Shown here: positions 1 to 6,189 of the stretch, in pieces | Layout: every line of letters starts with the position of its first letter | How positions within the stretch are numbered: position 1 is the first letter of the stretch | NCBI GenBank assembly: GCA_043810165.1 | Contig: JBDROJ010000030.1 | Location: 866-64,865 of the forward strand | DNA length: 64,000 bases | Source of the DNA: a bacterium | GTDB taxonomy: Bacteria; Patescibacteriota; Patescibacteriia; Magasanikbacterales; GWA2-37-8 | Reading direction: 5' to 3' | The notes under the pieces: generated by a model | What the model was told of the DNA's origin: nothing | The model's database searches: none | What the model saw: only the letters and a program-made list of their open reading frames with translations | Position numbers and translations under genes: made by a program

Positions 1-824
1 AAGATTACTTTGATATGTATATTGCCACTACAAGCGGACACTTTACTGCTGTTGGTGTAGATTCTGGTGAAACCTTTACCTTCGATGCCACTACTATCGG
101 TACTGCAGAAGCTGGTGAAATAGTCTTTGACAAGGATTTGAACGGTACTTTTGCTGAAGCTGCCGATGAAGGTGGTACAGCTTCTACCAGCAATTTCTAT
201 GTGGCCGGTTCAAGAATTAGCAATGTAGAATTGGTAAGCAGTTATGGCGGTGAAACCGTATCAACTGCTATCAATGGCACAGGTGTGGTTACCTTAGCCA
301 TATTAGCTATCACTACTGAAGCTAATAATAATACTGATGCTAATGGAGATGCATTAAAGCTTGCGTTGAATGAATTAAGATTTGACTTAACCAAGTTTGC
401 TTCCACTACATTAGGTGGTACAGCCACAGCTACTATCAAGAGAATAGGTAGTACTGCAAGTGCTTCTAACTTGACATATAATACCGCCTCTAGCACTACT
501 GAGACAACTGATACTTTATACTTGACTGCTGCAACTACGACTCTTGGTAACGATGCTTTGATTGAAGCAAATAAAACAGTTTACTTTGTGGTCAAGGGTG
601 AAATCAATAGTCTATCTGCTACAGCTAATATTATAAACTGGATTCAAGTTGGTCTTAGCGATATTAAAGGTACGGCTGGTTCAGCTGATGCCGATAATAA
701 TATTGACTGGTTTGATGGTTATGATAATATAAATACTGCTGCAGTAACCTTAGATTATGACTATTTATTGCTTGACACCACAAGTATCTCTGGTACTAAG
801 ATCTCTGCCCCAATTAACAACTAG
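1..824 (+). CDS. C-terminal part of a large Thr/Ala/Gly-rich surface (S-layer-like) protein, 5' end outside window
   Basis: Frame open from window edge; T/A/S/G/N-rich beta-type composition; followed by a strong terminator. Confidence 0.55.
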   Translation, partial: DYFDMYIATTSGHFTAVGVDSGETFTFDATTIGTAEAGEIVFDKDLNGTFAEAADEGGTASTSNFYVAGSRISNVELVSSYGGETVSTAINGTGVVTLAILAITTEANNNTDANGDALKLALNELRFDLTKFASTTLGGTATATIKRIGSTASASNLTYNTASSTTETTDTLYLTAATTTLGNDALIEANKTVYFVVKGEINSLSATANIINWIQVGLSDIKGTAGSADADNNIDWFDGYDNINTAAVTLDYDYLLLDTTSISGTKISAPINN

Positions 825-871
825 TATTAGTTGTTAATACCCCACGTTTTTCGATTGAACGCCAAAATCGA

Positions 872-909
872 AAAGACCCTCGGGCTTCGGCCTGGGGGTC
901 TTTGTTTTC
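872..909 (+). terminator. Intrinsic terminator
   Basis: AAAGACCCTCGGGC-TTCG-GCCTGGGGGTCTTT hairpin followed by GTTTTC. Confidence 0.8.
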
Positions 910-966
910 TGTCATTGCAAGCGATTCACTGTCATTGCGAGGAAAACTCCTCCGCTCGCAATGACA
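910..966. repeat. Palindromic REP/REPIN-like repeat (TGTCATTGCGAG family), short copy
   Basis: TGTCATTGCAAGCG..TGTCATTGCGAGG..CTCGCAATGACA. Confidence 0.8.
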
Positions 967-972
967 ATTATA

Positions 973-1001
973 TTGACTTTTTAGGTAAAAAGCATTATAA
1001 T
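973..1001 (+). promoter_or_regulatory. Sigma70-type promoter upstream of GIY-YIG gene and tRNAs
   Basis: TTGACT (973-978), 17-nt spacer, TATAAT (996-1001). Confidence 0.7.
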
Positions 1002-1040
1002 TTTTTTATGTCGTTGTGAATCTGTTCGTCAGAACAATCT

Positions 1041-1083
1041 TATCATTGCGAGGAGGAGCGAAGCGACGACGTGGCAATCTCGT
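1041..1083 (+). repeat. Half repeat unit directly upstream of GIY-YIG gene
   Basis: TATCATTGCGAGGAGGAGCGAAGCGACGACGTGGCAATCTCGT. Confidence 0.8.
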
Positions 1084-1102
1084 GGATTAAGGAGGGGTGA
1101 TT

Positions 1103-1408
1103 ATGAAAAAATACGAATACCATGTTTATATAATGACCAATAAACGTCATACCGTTTTATATACCGGAGTTACAGGTAATTTGTGTAGAAGGGGATTTGA
1201 GCACAAAAGTGGGGATAGCGATCATGAAAGTTTTACCAAAAGATACAATGTTTGTAAACTAGTTTATTATGAGAAATATGATGACATATACGATGCAATT
1301 GCTAGAGAAAAACAAATAAAAGCAGGTTCTAGAAAGAAAAAGATAGATTTGATACGCGGTATCAATCCACAGTGGGAAGATTTGTATGACGAGCTATTAC
1401 CTTTTTAA
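1103..1408 (+). CDS. GIY-YIG nuclease family protein
   Basis: YHVYIMTN..VLYTGVT.NL.RR..EHK and AIAREKQIK motifs; AAGGAGG Shine-Dalgarno 7 nt before ATG 1103. Confidence 0.88.
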   Translation: MKKYEYHVYIMTNKRHTVLYTGVTGNLCRRGFEHKSGDSDHESFTKRYNVCKLVYYEKYDDIYDAIAREKQIKAGSRKKKIDLIRGINPQWEDLYDELLPF

Positions 1409-1416
1409 GCTATATA

Positions 1417-1568
1417 CATCATTGCGAGCGTAAGCGTGTTTGTCATTGCGAGGAGCGAAGCGACGAAGCAATCTCGTCTTTACAGAACCAACGAGATTGC
1501 GGAGTTTATCCTGAGCATAGCGAAGGACCTCTCGCAATGACAGGAACAGCACGCTTCTCGCAATGACA
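1417..1568. repeat. Full nested palindromic repeat (REPIN-like) downstream of GIY-YIG gene
   Basis: ATCATTGCGAGCG..TGTCATTGCGAGGAGCGAAGCGACGAAGCAATCTCGT-spacer-ACGAGATTGC..CTCGCAATGACA..CTCGCAATGACA. Confidence 0.85.
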
Positions 1569-1587
1569 GGAACAACAACAAAGTATT

Positions 1588-1659
1588 GGCCCGTTCGTCT
1601 AGTGGTTAGGACTTCGGCTTCTCAAGCCGGAAACAGGGGTTCAATTCCCCTACGGGCTA
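1588..1659 (+). tRNA. tRNA-Glu (anticodon CTC)
   Basis: Cloverleaf: acceptor GGCCCGT/ACGGGCT, anticodon arm TCGGC-TTCTCAA-GCCGG, T arm AGGGG-TTCAATT-CCCCT; CCA not encoded. Confidence 0.95.
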
Positions 1660-1669
1660 CAAATTTTAT

Positions 1670-1740
1670 TCGGGGATCGTCTAATGGTAGGACACCAGGT
1701 TCTGGTCCTGGGTATCGGGGTTCAAATCCTCGTCCCCGAG
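1670..1740 (+). tRNA. tRNA-Gln (anticodon CTG), integration target
   Basis: Acceptor TCGGGGA/TCCCCGA, anticodon arm CCAGG-TTCTGGT-CCTGG, T arm CGGGG-TTCAAAT-CCTCG; followed by CAA, not CCA. Confidence 0.95.
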
Positions 1741-3297
1741 CAAACAAGGATGAGCAGGCTCTAACAGGCCTGTTTTCCTGTAAGTAGAGCCATTTTTCAG
1801 GAGTTCTGAAGTTGCGTTTAGCTTGGGCATCCACTCAGAAAGAAAAGCAAAAGATTCTGTATATTCAACATTCAATTTTCCCTCAGTATTGATTGTCATT
1901 TCCTTGAAAATTCGTTGTATAAGGATTCTTTTTTCGTCAGTGGTAGCTTTTCTGCTGTTATACTTTTCTCGGGCTGTAAACGCCAAATTATGTATCTCAA
2001 CGCCTATCTTATAGAAGTTTCTAACCCTTTTATTTAACTTTTTTAGCTTGTCAGTGATTTCTTTTTGTTGTTTTGTAAATAGCTTAAATTTCTTATTATA
2101 ATATTCTTCGGATATTTTCTTATCCAATTTATCGTCATACATTGAATCTAGTCTATTTTCTAGTTTCTCAAATTCTTTATTAAGAGATTCTCTCGTCATT
2201 TTAGTATAGTCTTTTTTACCTTTTTTACTTTTTTTTAAAACATTTGTTATCCAATCCAAAACCTCCTTATTTAAAGGTTTTATTTTTTTCATCATTTCAT
2301 TTAATTTTTCCTCAATCTTTTCTTCTTTAATATATCCTTTACGGGAACACTCTTTATAACCACGGCAAGAGCCGTAATGGTGGCCTTTTTGTGTTTGCCA
2401 ACTAATAAGACAACCACACTCCTCACAACGGATTAAGCCTTTAAAAGTATGAAATTTTTTTCTATATTGTCCCGCTTTAAGTGGTCGGTCTAATTGTGAT
2501 TGAACTTTGTTAAATAAAGTTTCACTTACTATCGGTTCTTGTTTTCCTTTGTATTCTTCATTATTCCAAATAATATATCCGCAATAAAAAGGATCACGGA
2601 GTAAACGATGTACGACAGAATTCATTACTCTTTTACCATTAACACTTCTAAAACCGTCTTTATATAATTTTTCGGCTATTCTTTTGACAGTATAATTTCC
2701 TGTACTATAAAGCTTAAAAGCTTCTTTTATATAAGGGGTTACTTTAGTATCTTGTATATGGGTCTTATGTCCTTTTTCGCCGGTGGTAATATAACCAAAC
2801 TTATTTCCACAAGGTATCCAACCAGATTCAATTTTTGCTTTTTGTCCTTTTTTAACTTCCTCGCTTAAATTATTTGTATAGAACCGTGCAATAGCGACTT
2901 TCATATCCCAAACTAAATTTTCATGAGCCCTTGTGTTTCTACTTACAACAAAGTTTTCTTTTACAAAATGAACCTCTCTTTTTTCATCGCCATTTACCCA
3001 ATCACTAATAACAGCACCGTCTTTCAAGTTTCTTGTTAAACGATCTATTTTTTCACAAAGAATAAGATTAATTTTTCTTTTCTTAACATAGCCTAGCATT
3101 TCATTAAAAGTTTTTCTTATCTGTTTACCACTCGCACTTTCAGAAATTTTAAATATTTTAGAAATCACAAGATCATTTCGCATAGCATAACTACGCAAAA
3201 GTTTTTCTTGTGCTTCTAGAGAATACCCTCGGTCTTCCTGTTCTTTGCTTGAAACACGACAGTATAAAATACATCGATTGTCTTTTTCTTTTTCCAT
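1681..3297 (-). CDS. Large serine recombinase (integrase); 3' end runs antisense into tRNA-Gln
   Basis: YCRVSS catalytic motif, EKIDRLTRN, recombinase domain, Zn ribbon CEECG..C...C, coiled coil; likely start MEKEK at 3297 directly after the upstream stop. Confidence 0.93.
   Translation of the reverse strand: MEKEKDNRCILYCRVSSKEQEDRGYSLEAQEKLLRSYAMRNDLVISKIFKISESASGKQIRKTFNEMLGYVKKRKINLILCEKIDRLTRNLKDGAVISDWVNGDEKREVHFVKENFVVSRNTRAHENLVWDMKVAIARFYTNNLSEEVKKGQKAKIESGWIPCGNKFGYITTGEKGHKTHIQDTKVTPYIKEAFKLYSTGNYTVKRIAEKLYKDGFRSVNGKRVMNSVVHRLLRDPFYCGYIIWNNEEYKGKQEPIVSETLFNKVQSQLDRPLKAGQYRKKFHTFKGLIRCEECGCLISWQTQKGHHYGSCRGYKECSRKGYIKEEKIEEKLNEMMKKIKPLNKEVLDWITNVLKKSKKGKKDYTKMTRESLNKEFEKLENRLDSMYDDKLDKKISEEYYNKKFKLFTKQQKEITDKLKKLNKRVRNFYKIGVEIHNLAFTAREKYNSRKATTDEKRILIQRIFKEMTINTEGKLNVEYTESFAFLSEWMPKLNATSELLKNGSTYRKTGLLEPAHPCLLGDEDLNPDTQDQNLVSYH
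1727..1750. other. attL of prophage (core CGAGC 1737-1741, central GA)
   Basis: TCCTCGTCCCC-GA-GCAAACAAGGA; core shared with 17121-17125 and in frame with both integrase ORFs. Confidence 0.7.
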
Positions 3298-3298
3298 A

Positions 3299-3466
3299 TT
3301 ATTTTTTGTTATCATCTTGCATATTTTTTATACGCAATTCTTTAAGTATGGAGAAATAATCAACTAAGCCATTTGCTATTTCGGAAGCATTTTTAAAAGT
3401 TAATTCTTCCCCGTATTCCTCCTTTACAATTTGTTGAAATTCTTTGATTGATTCTTCGCTAAGCAT
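3299..3466 (-). CDS. Small integrase-associated protein (55 aa), paralog A
   Basis: MLSEESIKEFQQIVKEEYGEELTFKNASEIA; similar to 3637-3798 and 16869-17072; stop abuts the integrase start. Confidence 0.7.
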   Translation of the reverse strand: MLSEESIKEFQQIVKEEYGEELTFKNASEIANGLVDYFSILKELRIKNMQDDNKK

Positions 3467-3486
3467 ATAATTATATTTAAATACAA

Positions 3487-3607
3487 AAAGGGACGGTCGT
3501 TGCTTACCCAATTCAAACACTCAAAGAGTATTTTTATCGGAACGAACCGCCCCTTTCTGGCGACAAAATAATAAACTCCTTGAGTTAATTATTGAATTGA
3601 GTAAGCA
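3487..3607 (-). ncRNA. Putative structured leader/regulatory RNA upstream of the integrase operon
   Basis: Long interrupted hairpin (3592-3607/3501-3516, 3575-3585/3519-3529, 3561-3568/3532-3539) plus an alternative helix 3541-3556/3487-3501; four non-Watson-Crick positions are all G-U on the minus strand. Confidence 0.6.
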
Positions 3608-3612
3608 TATAA

Positions 3613-3640
3613 ATTATAACACAAAACGGAATTTAATCAA
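3613..3640 (-). promoter_or_regulatory. Extended -10 promoter driving the structured RNA and integrase operon
   Basis: Minus strand TTGATT-16 nt-TATAAT with TGn extension; predicted start near 3607, the 5' end of the hairpin. Confidence 0.55.
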
Positions 3641-3798
3641 TTTTTTTCAAATTTCTCTCTGTAATCAATTTCAGCCAATACTTCAAAAACAGCAATCCAA
3701 TCATTTGCCACTTTTGAGGTTTCTTCAAAACTTAATTCAACACCATAGTTTCTTTTTATAATGTCTTGAAGTTTTAGGATGTCTTGTTCGCTTATCAT
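3637..3798 (-). CDS. Small protein (53 aa), paralog B; not in ORF track
   Basis: Manual translation MISEQDILKLQDIIKRNYGVELSFEETSKVANDWIAVFEVLAEIDYREKFEKN; ATGA overlap with rep stop. Confidence 0.7.
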   Translation of the reverse strand: MISEQDILKLQDIIKRNYGVELSFEETSKVANDWIAVFEVLAEIDYREKFEKN

Positions 3799-4577
3799 AT
3801 TGGCTTGAATAAGAGCGAACGATTAAGCACGCCGGTTTTAAATATTAGATCATCTAATCTGTATGCTTTATATTCAACTTCGCCGACCCACTCACTCTCA
3901 AAAGTTTTTTCAAAAGACGGTGTAAGTAAAGACAAAAACCTTTCAATAAATTTAGTGGCAAGCCAGCCCAATATTTCAATTGGATCTTTGAGTGTTTGTG
4001 AACGAAAGAATTTCTTTTTTCCAAAAGTTCTTTCGTCAAACATATCTTTACTAAGATATTTACAAACATAAGCCCCGATGTTGTCTACATCTTTTAAAGT
4101 TTTAATGTCTATATTTCCATGTCCCCAAGTTTCGTGTATCACACTAAAGTGAATAAAAGGCATATCACAAAGCAAGTGATAGTGAACTGCACCACGCTTT
4201 TGAAATTCGGGAATGGCTAAATATCTAAAATTAGGATATTTATAAGTCATCCTTTTTATAAACTGATTAAATAGATAATTAGCTTGTTTAAGATCTGTGA
4301 TGTTCTCGGCAAAGGTTAAAGTCATAAATTTGGTTAATTGCGGATTTGAGTTTATCAACCGTCGTATTTCTGTTCGTGTTCGATTGACTGAATATAATTG
4401 TTTTTGCTGTTGTTTTTTTATTCTTTCGAATATATCTAATTGTTTCGGCTCTTCATGAGTTTTTTCTTTTACGCTTTCTTGCGTCCTTTCAAAGTCCCGC
4501 CAGACGTTTTTCTTGTACTTGTAAACTTCAACATACTTGCCCGACACCACAACTCTTGTGTTGTAGGTAAAGGCCAT
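3795..4577 (-). CDS. HUH-superfamily rolling-circle replication initiator (Rep)
   Basis: Motif I FMTLTF, motif II EFQKRGAVHYHLL, motif III YVCKYLSK. Confidence 0.88.
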   Translation of the reverse strand: MAFTYNTRVVVSGKYVEVYKYKKNVWRDFERTQESVKEKTHEEPKQLDIFERIKKQQQKQLYSVNRTRTEIRRLINSNPQLTKFMTLTFAENITDLKQANYLFNQFIKRMTYKYPNFRYLAIPEFQKRGAVHYHLLCDMPFIHFSVIHETWGHGNIDIKTLKDVDNIGAYVCKYLSKDMFDERTFGKKKFFRSQTLKDPIEILGWLATKFIERFLSLLTPSFEKTFESEWVGEVEYKAYRLDDLIFKTGVLNRSLLFKPI

Positions 4578-4599
4578 AACAATTTTTCGTTAGATGTGT

Positions 4600-4870
4600 G
4601 GATATAATCAAGATTAATATGTAAGACTGTATTTTTGTTTCAAATTCCCTGTGCCAAGCAATCTTTTTTTCGTCGTCAGGCAGGCCGACGAAAAAAAAGA
4701 TATGCTTGCCTATCCAAGAAATTTAATTAACAAAGATTACCAGTAGTTTTTACCGTATCAGGGCTATTTAGTTTAGCGTCAGCTTTTCCCGAGTAAAGGT
4801 AGTTCAAAGACTCCACCTTGACTAAGGCAAGCTATCAGACGCTCATATTTAGCCTTGTCTAATACGGCGA
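4600..4870. other. Phage intergenic region: candidate replication origins / packaging hairpins
   Basis: Minus-strand TCTTGAT (4607-4613) resembling the pC194/phiX174 nick motif; long hairpins 4626-4744 (core 4655-4708) and 4752-4870. Confidence 0.55.
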
Positions 4871-4918
4871 TAAACAGCCTTGTCGTATTGGTTTATTTAT
4901 TGGCTGTTTTTTAATTAT

Positions 4919-5227
4919 ATGGAAAAAATAATTTCCAATTGGACGGGTTCAGAATTTACTTCTGAGTATGTCCGTCGTCAGATTCTTACTCGCTGGGGCG
5001 AGGAAGAAGCGAACAATTACGATCCTAAGAGTAATTGTTTAACTTTTAACCGTTGGCTTAAAAACGGTTTTAAAGTTAAGAAAGGCGAAAAAGCCTTAAA
5101 GTCCTTTATTGTTATTGAACAAAAGGATCAATATGGCAAAGTTATTCGCCAATTACCGAAAAGAATAAGTCTTTTCTATGCTTGCCAAGTCGAGAAAATC
5201 GGCGAGGCAAAAAGTAGTGAATCCTAA
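4919..5227 (+). CDS. ArdC-like N-terminal ssDNA-binding domain protein
   Basis: LTFNRWLKNGFKVKKGEKA..LF...QVE signature of the ArdC N-terminal family; likely start MEKII at 4919. Confidence 0.7.
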   Translation: MEKIISNWTGSEFTSEYVRRQILTRWGEEEANNYDPKSNCLTFNRWLKNGFKVKKGEKALKSFIVIEQKDQYGKVIRQLPKRISLFYACQVEKIGEAKSSES

Positions 5228-5235
5228 CGGGTTCA

Positions 5236-5934
5236 CTACTTTTTTTGCTGTTTATGATACGGAGGGATGTTTTCATCCTTTGGAAGTAGTCCAGTATTGT
5301 CGTTTGAGTGTTCTTTAATATATTCTCGGTAATATGGAAATTCAGGGTACTTAATAAAGTTCACGGCTTCGTGCGTGTTGTAGCAATTGGCTTTAGTTTT
5401 GTTAAACAAAAATAATTTACGCTTTACCGCTCGTCGTCTTAGGTTGTCATCTTTTAAATCTTGCAATTCAAAATATGAAGCCATAAAGATAAAACGAAAT
5501 AGGTTTTTAACTTCTAAAAAGTGTTGTCCTAAATCTCGTATTCTTTTATCTATATTGCTTGTGTGTTGAACCCCTGCCCAAATATCAAGCGGGATAATAT
5601 TACCGTCTTTGTCTTTTTTAACATCATGTCTATGGGCGGAAAATTTTTGTTTTGCACTCGGAGGCATTTCTTGCCACTCACGAGAATCAAAATATCCCTG
5701 TGCCTCATCAATAAAAATCTGTCCGCCTTTGATAGATAACAGTTCGGGAATTTCAGACCAAAAATATACTTTACCTAAGTTTTCTTTTTTAAGTTTTTTC
5801 TTTTCTATGTATCCGCTAAAGTCTAGCTTCCAATTTGCATATACATCATAACCTTTCAAAAACATTTCAAGTGCCTTGTAAGTCATAAACAAAGTTTTGC
5901 CAGCTCCGGGTTTTCCTGTGATAATTGTGATCAT
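5236..5934 (-). CDS. Zot-like / pI morphogenesis ATPase
   Basis: N-terminal IITGKPGAGKT Walker A, IFIDEAQ Walker B, HRH and QH..IDKRIR motifs; inovirus gene context. Confidence 0.88.
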   Translation of the reverse strand: MITIITGKPGAGKTLFMTYKALEMFLKGYDVYANWKLDFSGYIEKKKLKKENLGKVYFWSEIPELLSIKGGQIFIDEAQGYFDSREWQEMPPSAKQKFSAHRHDVKKDKDGNIIPLDIWAGVQHTSNIDKRIRDLGQHFLEVKNLFRFIFMASYFELQDLKDDNLRRRAVKRKLFLFNKTKANCYNTHEAVNFIKYPEFPYYREYIKEHSNDNTGLLPKDENIPPYHKQQKK

Positions 5935-5938
5935 ATTT

Positions 5939-6184
5939 TTAAGGCTTTAAAAATGTTACCATTTTGAGAACTAATGTAATGAGAAATAATGTCATTTCAA
6001 CAAAGAGAACTAAAAGAAGAATTTTGAATAATGAGAATAAAGGGAATATCAAATCTATCTTAGCAAGTGTAGGTGTCATAGTTGCAAACGCATTATTAAC
6101 GGCAGTTATAACCGAGTTATTAGGATCAGCTTCGGGTAAAAGTGAGAATATTTTTACCAAGATTGTTTCAATTAAACTAAGCAT
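5939..6184 (-). CDS. pVI-like minor coat membrane protein
   Basis: 81 aa with hydrophobic C-terminal half, between pIII-like and pI genes. Confidence 0.6.
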   Translation of the reverse strand: MLSLIETILVKIFSLLPEADPNNSVITAVNNAFATMTPTLAKIDLIFPLFSLFKILLLVLFVEMTLFLITLVLKMVTFLKP

Positions 6185-6189
6185 AGTGG

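Noticed and set aside
831-1019. 62-aa ORF (and similarly 35239-35499, 21867-22091)
   Set aside because: Run through terminators and palindromic repeats; no protein-like features
1563-1834. ORFs 1563-1787 (+) and 1622-1834 (-)
   Set aside because: Shadow translations of the two tRNA genes
5236-5934. Zonula occludens toxin as a virulence factor
   Set aside because: Only the ATPase domain is present, in a phage morphogenesis context
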